The notes: generated by a model not told the origin, from the letters alone. A stretch of DNA of 64,000 nt from Anthoceros angustus (GCA_010909165.1 VJWM01000068.1:124001-188000), one strand, 5' to 3'; shown: positions 47,881 to 62,200, numbered from the stretch's first letter. Numbers and translations are program-made.

Positions 47881-50137
47881 ATGAGTGACTATATCTTCTG
47901 GAGGATCTTGTTCCGTGAAAGAGAACGAGAAATCGAACGCAAGCGAGAGAAGGAAAGAATTAGGGAGGAAAAGACAACGGCAGGCTCATGGACACAAGAA
48001 GAGCTGCCGTTATCACTAATCGTGGTCAGTGACTTTCAGAAAGCACGATGTCGGCGGCAGTACAAAATGCTGCAAAATGTGAAATGTATCATTTGCAAAA
48101 CTTACACAACTAAGTGAGGATGTGATACATTCGCTAATGTGATTTTCAAAATCACAAGAGCCGATGCCAGGAGGCCACCAGACATCATGGAGCGGAAGGT
48201 GGCCCTTCACCAAGTAAGATGCCTCCAATGCCTTCAATTTTACAAGAAGGAAAAGTTGAGGATCTGATTGAAGCAAAGAGGTTATTCTCCCATGCCTTGG
48301 CATTGCAAACATATAAGATGGTAGATGCGCAAAGGATTCGAGAAAAAGCAAGGTTGGATCCATTCTCCATCCCTACCTTCATCGTCATCAAGCTAGGCAC
48401 ATATTTCTGATATCAAGCTCCCAAGCCAGTAGGACCATCTTATGATCATGAGGAAGTGATACATGATATAATGGATTATACATTGCTAAATAATAAAGGA
48501 AAGGGTAAAATTGAAGATGAGCATATTGAATATAGCTCATCATCATCAACCGACTGGGAAGGTTACAAACTTGGCATCCGAGCTTGGGTAAAGTCGGCGG
48601 AAGGATATCCTTTGTATGTAGTTCCTTCTCGCACGTAATTAGAAGAGCGATATAAACTGCCCACCAAAAGGTTGAGAAAGAGAAAAGATGGCTTGGGTGG
48701 AGCAACATTGTTCCAACCTGAACATCCTCTTCCACCACCTGGTGTTGAAGATGTTGTTATGGAAAGTTGTTTGGTGGCGAAGATACAAAAATTACTAGTG
48801 ATTTACCATGTCGTGGTGGTTGGAATGCTCGGTCCTTCAAGGCTATAGGACAGTTTAAAAGAGGTTTAGGTGGACAAAGTAGCGGATCTAGAAAGTTGGG
48901 AACTAAGAAGTTGGGATCGATATTCTAGCCATTGCAACCAAAAAGCATAAGTTAGAAAAGGCCTATGATCCAAGTGTTGCATTAGAGTTCCACATCTCAA
49001 AGAGACGATGTTGTAATGCGTTTTTTCTAGAACAAGAAGAAGAACCACGGATAAAGTTCTTCTATTGCAATCGTGTGGATTATACTAAGGAATTTTTACC
49101 ATATGACTTAAAAGTTGTTAAAAGAGAAGATTGTGATGACGAATATTTTTGTATCTCACCAAATGGGCTTGTTCACATTGAGCCTGACCAAGGTAGGTAT
49201 CTCATAATTCTGATACAGGATATGTGTACATGCATACATAGATTAGTTCTCTATCATGAAACTAATGACAAGTACTTCTTTATGATTAGTAATGCTGTTT
49301 TGGATACAATAATATATTGTTGATGCGAATCGACCAAGAAGGTGCATTCCACTGCAAGAATGGATGCGTGAGAAAATATGTTTTTCATATTTAAGGAATG
49401 TCAAGTTCTTTGGGAAGTATTTGATATACAAAGCATTCACTATTTGGCAAACATATTGGTCGAAAAATTTTCACAGAGTGAGGACACTTTTGATAAAGAA
49501 GTGGTTTTGGGCTAAACCACAATTTTTGTCGCATTGTTGGAGATGCATGGACTCATACATGATATCACGGACAATCAATGATGAGCATAGTATATAATCA
49601 TCTATATATCATGGAGGACTTTGCTCAAATTCAATTTGAAGAAAGAGTTCAAAAATCAACTCCGGGAATAGAACAATGTGTAGAAAAAGTTCACCAAATA
49701 CTCAATAAACTTTGTGAAGAGGCTGTGAGACAAGCACAGATATACAGGGTAACTTTTATACTCTGTGTTATTTCCACCATAGACTTTTTATTGTAGTATT
49801 TCTCTTCCCTCTTTACATCTCATGAAATGTGGTGTGCATCAGGAAAGTGTTAGAGATGAAGCAGAACTTAATGACACGATAGGGGTGAATTTGCATCAAA
49901 CACGAGGAAGTAAAGTGCAAAGCATGGTTAGCATAAAACAAGAAAAGATTGAACGTAAGACATACAGAGTGATGATAGAAGAAAAATGCTAGGCAATTTT
50001 GTTAAACTAGTGGATTATGTTTTGTTGAGAACTTGATAAATCAATGCGTTATGAATGTTGGAGAGTTATATGCCTTATTAGAATCAACAAGACCAACTCC
50101 GGATAAAGTGAATAAGGGCATATTTTTGACAACATTA
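47881..50137 (+). pseudogene. Truncated, frameshifted duplicate of the dynein heavy chain 5' end
   Basis: Near-identical to 53204-55506 but with many 1-nt indels. It ends at the ACAACATTA junction. Confidence 0.85.
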
Positions 50138-51602
50138 GGACAACCCACTGTGTGAGGTAATTCCCATCAAAATGATCACTAACGTCACCAACCTGAAAAT
50201 GGCGTGTCTCATTGACAGAGAAAATAAGGATGACATTTTCACATGAATCATAAGCTTCATTCAGCTTTTGATTCATTGTTCCTATGGGTTGCCCACAAGC
50301 CCCTCTCAACCGACAGATTGAGATTTTCGCGTTGCTACTCTTCACTATGAAGAACCTGCAGAGCCAAAGGGTGTAGTTAGTTCCAAAACTTTTGATCACT
50401 TACCATCATTTGTCAGGAAAAAATGATATAAAGGGGCAAACCGGTTTCACAAAACTCAAAATGTTGCAGGCACTGAAAAGCTTGCACCAACCTTGAGTAG
50501 CCTGGAGGAAGTGGAGCTGAGATGGACTCCACTTTCGGTTGTTGCACACCATTCGCAACCATCAGATGCATACCAGGCTGCGCTGCATAGCAGATGGCTG
50601 GTCTGAGTGTTGCTGCCCTTTCCCTGCTGTGGCTGGTCTGAGAGTCCTCCCCTGCTCCCAAATTCGCAGGAGCCAGAGGATGCTGCCAGGAAGAACCATC
50701 TGGGTGTCCATGGTTCTGATTCTGCTTTGCTGCTGCCATGGTAACCACCATTAGGAGCATAAACTCGGTGCTGAAGCTTTTGAAGCACATGCTCAATTGC
50801 AGGAGGGGCGCCCTGTATCTTCTGGTGTCGGTATCGGCAATCAGGCCCATTCGGGCAGAAACCCAACTTGTACCTATCAACATAGTCTCTGATCAGACAG
50901 CTACACAACAAGCTCGACTAGTCCCAGGTTATACAGATCCTGACTTATATATAGAGATGACATAAGTGACCCCAGGCTTAAGTACAACATATCAACAAAA
51001 ACTCACAACTGCACTATCGCCCTACAAGAGACACTCCGTCCAAAAGGACATATCAGCTGACTAGAGTGTTACCACTACTCTAGCTCCCACACCTCTGTGA
51101 GGGAGCAAGACCGTAACCCTATGGGTATTCCAAACTGGTGGCATGCTACCGGCTGGTGCAGAACAACAAACTGGCCACTGGAGGCATTATAAAAGTTAGA
51201 GCAGGCCTACATGTTGCATTCCTTGATGTCCTCATTAGTGTGTTTGTAGATGCAGTCAGGCTCACGACACTCGCCAAACTTGGCAAAAAATCGGCATACC
51301 GGCATGCGCGATTTGTCATACTGGTGAAGGAAACCACAGGCATCCCCCTTCATACACAGGCCCCTGAGCCAGTGGCGGCACACTGTCTGCCTGTAATTCT
51401 TTCGGCCTTGGGGGGTTTTAGAACCCGCCAACAAGCCGCCAGCGAAGCCCGCGGCTCCTGCATTATGCCCTCCGCCCGCAGGCAACGCTGCCAGAGGAGG
51501 AGTGGGTCCAGAAGCTCCGCCCACCCCGGCACCCCCGGCCAAGGCCACATTCTCCAAGCCTCCCTCGAAATCGAAGTTGAGAGCGCCATCCGCGTCCTCC
51601 AT
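50138..51602 (-). pseudogene. CPSF30: Partial CPSF30 copy (exons 1-3 only, YTH truncated); exon 1 frame is intact here
   Basis: ORF 51207..51602 reads MEDADG...DIKECNM without a frameshift. Exon 2 has indels, and the copy ends in intron 3 at the duplication junction. Confidence 0.85.
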
Positions 51603-53203
51603 CTCTGCTTGATCACAGAACCCTAGATTCTACCATATCTCACCCGCGTGCGTTTCACGAACACCTGAATGCACATCGGTTTCTTCTCCCGCTCGCCCTG
51701 GCTCCTCTGCTCGCCCAACCTTCACGGTCCACCACCACAGCTTTGAAGCTCCGTCCTCTCCTCCCTCCCCCACTCAGGCCTGAGCTCGCCAGTGGAACCA
51801 GCGTGCAAGGGGCTCGGAGCTGGACTAGGTGGATCGGTACTATGCACATCCTGTTCTTCGCCTCTTGGCTGTGGTTAACGTTTAGACCAGCTAGGGTTGA
51901 TGACCAGCTCGTTTCCTCGGAAATGCAGGCGGGTGGTCCCTCTCCTTCCGAGTCCAGCTCTCCGCATAAGCCTGTATCTGGCAGGCTGCAGGATCGTCAA
52001 GTGCACGTTATGTCGGCAGGGGAAGCTCTCCGAGATCATAGGAGCCCTGGAATCTCTGCCGCAGAGAAACTCTGCAATTTGCCAGACTCTGTTTTGCACT
52101 GTGCTCAAACTCTGTGCAGCTCAGAAGGATCTGGTTGTGGGGCGACGACCTCATAACCTCGCTGTCAAAATCGGGTACGAGTCAGATGCATACTTGGGGA
52201 ACCATGCATTGCGATGTATGCACGTCGAGGTAGTCTGCAGGAGGCCATTGATGGGTTCACCAGGGTGCGCAAACCAAATGCCTTCATATGGTTTTCCATA
52301 ATCGCTAGCATGGGAAACCTAACGAGGCCATACAACTGTACCATGAGATGCGAAGGTCAAGGCGGATGCTCACCATGCGTCCTTGTAGCTGCCCTCAGAA
52401 CTTGTGCATTTTTCAGCCGACTTGGAATCTGGCAGAAAGCGAGTCCAAAGATAACCAGACACTAGCCTAACCCCCACGTCGAACAGGAAACTAGAGCACG
52501 CCAAATGAGAAGAGCGAAAACATCGGGAGGGCGTTCTAGCTCCTCTCACGCCGGATTGTCTTGACATGGTACAGCTAACCCTACACTTTCAATTGGTCAT
52601 CAACTGCACGCTCGAGCCCTTAGACTGCGCCAGTGTGCTCACAAACAGCTTCACGCAGCAGGCAAGGCGGCAAGTACCTGCATGTATTGAAGGCACCCCC
52701 TAGATGACTATGGTCTGGAGCAGCGCCCATGAGGACAATTTCCAGTTGAGAAAAAATCTGCAGTCCCTTGCTGCATACTATCGGCTATTAATTGCCACTG
52801 AGGACCGTTGAGAACACGGATGCTTTCTTCTTGAGCTACTGTTCAGTGATCTGGTAGTAGCTTTGCGACCCTCATGCGCATCTCCAAAGAACTCAGCCTG
52901 TGACTTGAGTTTTGTGATTTACAGACAGCATGAAGCGGCCAAGTTTCCGTCTACAGATCGCGTTTCTTGCTCTGTTCGCCATGTTTTCACGAGTACAAGG
53001 GCAATTGCCGGCAGAGCATATTTATAACCAGATTCTTGATGCCTTACAAGGCTTGAGAGACCAGGTCTCCAAATTTGGACGCATCTTCAATCAGAAGTTC
53101 TAAACAAGAAGAGAGGCAAGAATTCGGACTTGCAAGGATTAGCTCACCGATCCACACTCGTCTCTTGTGAAGTCTCACAACTCCAGTCTCCTGAAGGAAA
53201 AAG

Positions 53204-56200
53204 ATGAGTGACTATATCTTCTGGAGGATCTTGTTCCGTGAAAGAGAACGAGAAATCGAACGCAAGCGAGAGAAGGAAAGAATTAGGGAGGAAAGACAAC
53301 GGCAGGCTCTCATGGACACAAGAAGAGCTGCCGTTATCACTAATCGTGGTCAGTGACTTTCAGAAAGCACGATGTCGGCGGCAGTACAAAAATGCTGCAA
53401 AATGTGAAATGTATCATTTGCAAAACTTACACAACTAAGTGAGGATGTGATACATTCGCTAATGTGATTTTCAAAATCACAAGAGCCGATGCCAGGGAGG
53501 CCACCAGACATCATGGAGCGGAAGGTGGCCCCTTCACCAAGTAAGATGCCTCCAATGCCTTCAATTTTACAAGAAGGAAAAGTTGAGGATCTGATTGAAG
53601 CAAAGAGGGTTATTCCTCCCATGCCTTCGGCATTGCAAACATATAAGATGGTAGATGCTGCAAAGGATTCGAAAAAGCAAGGTTGGATCCATTCTCCATC
53701 CCTACCTTCTCATCGTCATCAAGCTAGGCAGTATATGACTACGAAGTATCAAGCTCCCAAGCCAGCAGGACCATCTTATGATCATGAGGAAGTGATACAT
53801 GATATAATGGATTATACATTGCTAAATAATAAAGGAAAGGGTAAAATTGAAGATGAGCATATTGAATATAGCTCATCATCAACCAGGCTGGGAAGGTTAC
53901 AAACTTGGCATCCAGAAGCTTCAGTTGTAAAAAGCTGGCCAGAAGGATATCCTTTGTATGTAGTTCCTTCTCGCACGGAATTAGAAGAGCGATATAAACT
54001 GCCCACCAAAAGGTTGAGAAAGAGAAAAGATGGCTTGGGTGGAGCAACATTGTTCCAACCTGAACATCCTCTTCCACCACCTGGTGTTGAAGATGTTGTT
54101 ATGGAAAGTTGTTTGGTGGCAGAAGATACAAAAATTACTAGTGATTTACCATGTCGTGGTGGTTGGAATGCAGTCCTTCAAGGCTATAGGACAGGTTTAA
54201 AAAGAGGTTTAGGTGGACAAAGTAGCGGATCTAGAAAGTTGGGAACTAAGAAGTTGGGATCTGATATTCTAGCCATTGCAACCAAAAAGCATAAGAAGTT
54301 AGAAAAGGCCTATGATCCAAGTGTTGCATTAGAGTTCCCACATCTCAAAACAGGAGACGATGTTGTACGTTTTTTTCTAGAACAAGAAGAAGAACCACGG
54401 ATAAAGTTCTTCTATTGCAATCGTGTGGATTATACTAAGGAATTTTTACCATATGACTTAAAAGTTGTTAAAAGAGAAGATTGTGATGACGAATATTTTT
54501 GTATCTCACCAAATGGGCTTGTTCACATTGAGCCTGACCAAGGTAGGTATCTCATAATTCTGATACAGTATATGTGTACATGCATACATAGATTAGTTCT
54601 CTATCATGAAACTAATGACAAGTACTTCTTTATGATTAGTAATGCTGTTTTTGGATACAATAATATATTGTTGAACAGAATACGACCAAGAAGGTGCATT
54701 TATTCCACTGCAAGAATGGATGCGTGAGAAATATGTTTTTTCATATTTAAGGAATGTCAAGTTCTTTGGGAAGTATTTGATATACAAAGCATTCACTATT
54801 TGGCGCAAACATATTGGTCAGAAAAATTTTCACAGAGTGAGGACACTTTTGATAAAGAAGTGGTTTTGGGCTAAACCACAATTTTATGCTGCATTGTTGG
54901 AGATGCATGGACTCATACATGATATCACGGGACAATCAATGATGAGCATAGTATATAATCATCTATATATCATGGAGGACTTTGCTCAAATTCAATTTGA
55001 AGAAAGAGTTCAAAAATCAACTCCGGGAATAGAACAATGTGTAGAAAAAGTTCACCAAATACTCAATAAACTTTGTGAAGAGGCTGTGAGACAAGCACAG
55101 ATATACAGGGTAACTTTTATACTCTGTGTTATTTCCACCATAGACTTTTTATTGTAGTATTTCTCTTCCCTCTTTACATCTCATGAAATGTGGTGTGCAT
55201 CAGGAAAGTGTTAGAGATGAAGCAGAACTTAATGACACGATAGGGGTGAATTTGCATCAAACACGAGGAAGTAAAGTGCAAAGCATGGTTAGCATAAAAC
55301 AAGAAAAGATTGAACGTGCTAAGACATACCGAAGAGTGATGATAGAAGAAAAAATGCTAGGCAATTTTGTTAAACTAGTGGATTATGTTTTTGTTGAGAA
55401 CTTGATAAATCAATGCGTTATGAATGTTGGAGAGTTATATGCCTTATTAGAATCAACAAGACCAACTCCAGATAAAGTGAATAAGGGCATATTTTTGACA
55501 ACATTATCTTTCAAAGAGTCTGCCATTGGATTCACCCCTGATGAGGGTGACATACTTATGGTAAACAATTTTGATTTCTCATCATTTTGATGATTCAAGA
55601 TAATCATTATAATTGTTTCCTAACATTATTGATGAGTTCTCATCTGCTGTTCATTGATAGACTTGTGCAAATATTATTGATGGTTTCATACAAACTCTTC
55701 AAGCTGCTCCTCGTGTTTTGTTCATGCGAGTTTTCACTGGATACTTTGAAACTAAGTGTATTGGTCTCAATCCTGTATCAATCTTGAAAACAACACCAAA
55801 ATATATCCAATTAAGAGCGTACATTGAGAAGCTAGTACAAAGTGACTTCATTGAGGGTAGAACATATGCAAAGGTGAGTCATACTTCATACCTCACATCA
55901 TCAAATTGCTAATATATCATGCAATATAAATTTTGGGTTAAATTAAGTACCTTTTTTTCAATAGATGTTTGAAGGATATAGAGCCTTATTCGCATTTGGA
56001 GAGACTTGGAACTTTGAAGCTTATGCGAAAGAAAACGTCAGAAGGCAATATAGGAAGAGCTCATAGACAAAGAGAATGGCGAATTGATCTTGAAAAATGA
56101 AAATTGGACAAGAAGGATGATATTCTTGAGTTTTTTCTAAATAACATACTTAAAATAGGTAATAAATTTATTAAATAAATATAAATCTTAAAATTTCATG

Positions 56201-59200
56201 ACAGAGTGATTGGTATTCTTCATGTGGACTCGAAGGCCTTGAGAAATAATCTTATTCCTATAACAACCCGGACACTTGATTTAATTAAAGGACATTTGGT
56301 TACTACATCTAGAAATGAAACAATAATTGTGTTGGATCAATTTCATCGTAAGATTGATGATTTGAAACAAAGACCTCTGATCTAGATGGGTTTGTGAAAT
56401 ACATCATAGTAAGTCATATTGGAATATCTATGTTTTATTTGTCATTTCTATTGTGGTTAGAAATTCTATGTACATGGTCCGAATCTATTGACCGATTTAC
56501 ATCCGATGATTTACACCAAATGACAGATGTTCGAACAAGTGTTGGAAAAGAAGAAAGTGTCCTTGCGAGGCTGCCATTATAGATATATGTACGATTTGCT
56601 CGCAGCTTATGAAGTGAAAATTCCAACTAACGATCAAGTCAAGTTTGATGATTTACACGATTGTGTTACACTTTTGGAGAATGTATGGAGGAAGCTGATC
56701 TTTTATTGAAGAGAGAAAACCCTCTATGAAACAAGATTTGGATAACAAAGTTAATTCGACTAGTGAAGAATTGCTCACAATTCTTGGAACTCTACATTCG
56801 GAAAATTCTTGGTTCCAGTCGGACCAAGTTGAAGTGGTTGCTGACTTAGAAAAATCAAAGCATTCACTATTTGGCGCAAACATATTGGTCGAAAAATTTT
56901 CACAGAGTGAGGACACTTTTGATAAAGAAGTGGTTTTGGGCTAAACCACAATTTTATGTCGCATTGTTGGAGATGCATGGACTCATACATGATATCACGG
57001 ACAATCAATGATGAGCATAGTATATAATCATCTATATATCATGGAGGACTTTGCTCAAATTCAATTTGAAGAAAGAGTTCAAAAATCAACTCGAATAGAA
57101 CAATGTGTAGAAAAGTTCACCAAATACTCAATAAACTTTGTGAAGAGGCATGAGACAAGCACGTATATGCTGTGGTAACTTTATACTGTGGTTATTTCCA
57201 CCATAGACTTTTTATTGTAGTATTTCTCTTCCTCTTTACATCTCATGAAATGTGGTGTGCATCGTGAAAGTGTTAGAGATGAAGCGAACTTAATGACACG
57301 ATAGGGGTGAATTTGCATCAAACACGAGGAAGTAAAGTGCAAAGCATGGTTAGCATAAAACAAGAAAAGATTGAACGTGCTAAGACATACCAAGAGTGAT
57401 GATAGAAGAAAAATGCTAGGCAATTTTGTTAAACTAGTGGATTATGTTTTTGTTGAGAACTTGATAAATCAATGCGTTATGAATGTTGGAGAGTTATATG
57501 CCTTATTAGAATCAACAAGACCAACTCCAGATAAAGTGAATAAGGGCATATTTTTGACAACATTATCTTTCAAAGAGTCTGCCATTGATTCACCCCGATG
57601 AGGGTGATATACTTATGGTAAACAATTTTGATTTCTCATCATTTTGATGATTCAAGATAATCATTATAATTGTTTCTAACATTATTGATGAGTTCTCATC
57701 TGCTCATTGATAGACTTGTGCAAATATTATTGATGGTTTCATACAAACTCTTCAAGCTGCTCCTCGTGTTTTGTTCATGCGAGTTTTCACCGGATACTTT
57801 GAAACTAAGTGTATTGGTCTCAATCGTATCAATCTTGAAAACAACAAAATATATCCAATTAAGAGCGTACATTGAGAAGCTAGTACAAAGTGACTTCATT
57901 GAGGGTAGAACATATGCAAAGGTGAGTCATACTTCATACCTCACATCATCAAATTGCTAATATATCATGCAATATAAATTTTGGGTTAAATTAAGTACCT
58001 TTTTTTCAATAGATGTTTGAAGGATATAGAGCCTTATTCGCATTTGGAGAGACTTGGAACTTTGAAGCTTATGCGAAAGAAAAACGTACTGTAAGGCAAT
58101 ATAGGGAAGAGCTCGCTAGACAAAGAGAATGGCGAATTGATCTTGAAAAAATGAAAATTGGACAGTAAGGATGATATTCTTGAGTTTTTTTCTAAATAAC
58201 ATACTTAAAATAGGTAATAAATTTATTAAATAAATATAAATCTTAAAATTTCATGACAGAGTGATTGGTATTCTTCATGTGGACTCGAAGGCCTTGAGAA
58301 ATAATCTTATTCCTATAACAACCCGGACACTTGATTTAATTAAAGGACATTTGGTTACTACATCTAGAAATGAAACAATAATTGTGTTGGATCAATTTCA
58401 TCGTAAGATTGATGATTTGAAACAAAGACCTCCTGATCTAGATGGGTTTGTGAAATACATCATAGTAAGTCATATTGGAATATCTATGTTTTATTTGTCA
58501 TTTCTATTGTGGTTAGAAATTCTATGTACATGGTCTGAATCTATTGACCGATTTACATCTGACAGATTTACGACCAAATGACAGATGTTCGAACAAGTGT
58601 TGGAAAAGAAGAAAGTGTCCCTTGCAGAGGCTGCCATTATAGACGATATGTACGATTTGCTCGCAGCTTATGAAGTGAAAATTCCAACTAACGATCAAGT
58701 CAAGTTTGATGATTTACACGATTGTGTTACACTTTTTGGAGAATGTATGGAGGAAGCTGATCTTTTTATTGAAGAGAGAAAACCCTCTATGAAACAAGAT
58801 TTGGATAACAAAGTTAATTCGACTAGTGAAGAATTGCTCACAATTCTTGGAACTCTACATTCTGGAAAATTCTTGGTTCCAGAGTCAGACCAAGTTGAAG
58901 TGGTTGCTGACTTAGAAAAAATCAAAGCACGGATAGCTGAAATCCGAGCATTAACGGATGTCTATAAGAGCTATCAAAAACTCTTTAATGTAAGTACTTT
59001 CATATCAGTGATACGCACATGTCACTATGCAAAGCACGTCGTTGAGCTATTTATAATGAACCTTCGCAGATGCCTGTGGATGATATGACAAATCTATCAC
59101 TCACCGAGAAGGAATTTAATCTCCGATACAATGTGTGGAAAGCATTACATGATTGGATTATCATGACAGAGAGGTGGAGAACATGCCCCGTGAAGGAACT

Positions 59201-62200
59201 CAAAGGTGGTGAGTGTTTTACAAACACTGATGAATACGCGAAAGCTGCATACAAAATGGGAAAAGCAAATAAAGAAGATACAGTTGTGTTTAGACTAAAG
59301 GATGCAATTGAGGAATTTAAAAAGGTAAAATGTATAGTGTGGAGATATTTTTTATGGTAAGTATAGATTTTTTTCAGGCTAAATTTGGTGTGAAGACTTA
59401 CTACTCGCTCACATATTTCATGAAGGGTTAACTCATTTACTTATATTTACAATTTAGGTTGCACCGTTAATTGAAGAACTAGCAAATGAAGCTCTCAAAG
59501 AGAGACATTGGAAACGGATATTTGAAATAATTGGAAAAGCATACAATGCTGAATTAGTTTTTAGCATTAATGATTTGCTTGATATGAATGTTATGCCCTT
59601 TTTAGAAGAGGTATGACATCTATTTCTTGTTTCAGTACAGGATAGAATAGCAATATATTTTATATTTAAATTTTTGATAAAAAAGTACATGAAATAGATT
59701 AAACTTGTAAGTGCAACTGCAAGTAAAGAATACTCCTTTGAGAAAACACTGGACAAGATGGAGAAAGATTGGGAAGGTGTAGAGTTTACAGTAGTACCTT
59801 ACAAGGACTCTGGAACGTACATCATTGGAGGAGTCGACGATATCCAGACAATTTTGGATGATCAAATAGTTAAAATATCATCCATGTGTGCATCCCCTTA
59901 TATCAAGTTCTACGAATACCGAGCCACGACTTGGCGGAAGCTGGTTGTAAACTTGCAGGTATCTGACATTCAGTTGCTTCCCTTGCTTGCAGCAGAGTAC
60001 CAAGGCAAGTTTGTGCTCTAAGAATCTATTGGCCATGGCAACAGGAACTTGTAGATAATTGGGTGGAATGTCAAGCGACTTGGCAGTACTTGGGACCCAT
60101 TTTTGGCTCAAAGGATATCATGAGGCAAATGCCAGAAGAGGGAGAAAAGTTCCAGACAGTGGACCAAACCTGGAGGGATGTGATGAAGAAAACATTGGTC
60201 GCACCTAGTTGTCTCATCGCTGGAAAAGATCTTGAAAGGTTGGAAAAACTGAAAGAAGCTAACAGGTTGCTGGAGCTGGTGAACAAAGGTCTTGCACAGT
60301 ATCTTGAGGTGAGGACCTAGTCACTGTGGTATAAGATTGGAACTGAGTCCTTTCAATGGTGCTAAACTGTGTGCCTGTGGACAGATCAAGCGAATTGCTT
60401 TTCCCCGCTTCTTCTTCCTGTCCAATGATGAGATGCTGGAGATCCTTTCAGAGACAAAGGATCCGTTGCGTGTTCAGCCCCATCTGAAGAAATGTTTCGA
60501 AGGCATCAACACTCTCCAGTTTGAGCATAACCTGGACATCACTGCGATGATATCTCTTGAAGGAGAGGTTGTTCCCCTCGTGGATAAGTTCAATCCCAAA
60601 ACAGCAGCAGGAGCTGTGGAGAAGTGGCTACTACAGGCAATAACCTCATGATTCCTGCCATTTCAGCCTTTCAAATTCTTCACTCGAGAGTAAAATATTG
60701 GGTTTATGAAGAAATGCTTGTTGACGTTTGCTGATATCATTGTTGTGGAGTTCATTGTAGGCCAGGTTGAAGAAGGGATGGTCTCATCGGTGCAAGACCA
60801 GTGTGCAAGGGGGGTGGCTGCGTATGCGGAGACCGTTCGGGAGAAATGGGTTTTAGAGTGGCCAGGACAAGTGGTGCTGGTGGTTTGTGCTATCTACTGG
60901 ACAAAAGCAACCACGGAGGCCATTCTGGCAGGAGGCGACTCTGTACCACAGTCCGAGCAGTTCTGTACAGACCAGCTTGGGAGAATCGTGAATCTGGTGC
61001 GAGGAAACCTGACGAAACTGAATCGAGAAACTCTGAGTGCGTTGGTGGTGATGGATGTGCACGCTAGGGACACAGTTGCCATCCTGGCCAGGGAAGGAGT
61101 GAAGAAGGAGACTGATTTTCTATGGCAGAGTCAACTGAGGATGTACTGGGAGGAGAAAACCTGCATGGTGCGGATGATGAATGGAGGGATCGAGTACGGG
61201 TATGAATACCTGGGAAACTCTTCTCGGCTTGTGATCACTCCTTTGACGGATAGGTGCTACCGAACTTTGATGGGTGCAATCCACCTGAACCTTGGAGGAG
61301 CTCCTGAGGGTCCGGCAGGAACAGGAAAGACGGAGACAACCAAAGATCTTGCTAAAGTATGTCAGGTTTTCCTGTTTCTCATTCAGTCTGCACGGTTCTC
61401 CGAGGCTTGCCCGTGAAAGTAACAATGAGAGCACGGTTTGTCCTGGTCCTGGACATTCAGGCGCTTGCAAGGCAGTGTGTGGTGTTCAACTGCAGTGACA
61501 GTCTGGATTATCTTGCCATGGCAAAGTTCTTCAAGGGGCTTGCAGCTTCTGGTGCATGGGCTTGCTTTGACGAATTCAACCGAATCGATCTGGAGGTTCT
61601 GTCAGTGGTGGCTCAGCAGGTACTTCAATTCTGGCAGCTGCTGTAGCATGAGAAAAAAGTAGAAACTTGAGCTGCACTCTCATCTGTATTGCATGCATGT
61701 TCCCGTGCCTCCTGCTTCTCTAGGTGCTTGAGATTCAACTCGCTGTGCAAAACAAAGTGAAAACTTTCGTTTTTGAGGGCTCGGAGCTAACTCTGAAACC
61801 AACATGCAATGTCTTCATCACAATGAATCCAGGGTATGCTGGAAGGAGTGAGCTGCCTGACAACTTGAAAGCCCTCTTCCGCACTGTTGCTATGATGGTT
61901 CCCGACTATGCCATGATCAGTGAGATCATGCTCTACAGTGCTGGGTATCTTCAGGTATGCCAACTGACCTTTGAACTAGCCTTGCAGCAAGCACAGAATA
62001 TGACTGAACCCTTGTGACTGACATTCTCCAATGTAGGCGAGAGATAGTGCCAGAAAGATTGTTGCTACTTACAGGCTCTGCAGTGAGCAGCTATCAAGTC
62101 AGGAGCATTATGACTATGGTATGAGAGCCGTGATGGCTGTCCTTCGAGCTGCCTCCAATTTGAAGCAACGATACCCTGACGAGGATGAGTATGTCCTCAT

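Larger units (their letters stand above)
44819..55506. repeat. Tandem duplication of a ~5.3 kb unit (44819-50128; 50129-55497)
   Basis: ACAACATTA occurs at 44819, 50129 and 55498. The unit contains the CPSF30 5' exons, the PPR remnant and the dynein 5' exons. Confidence 0.95.
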
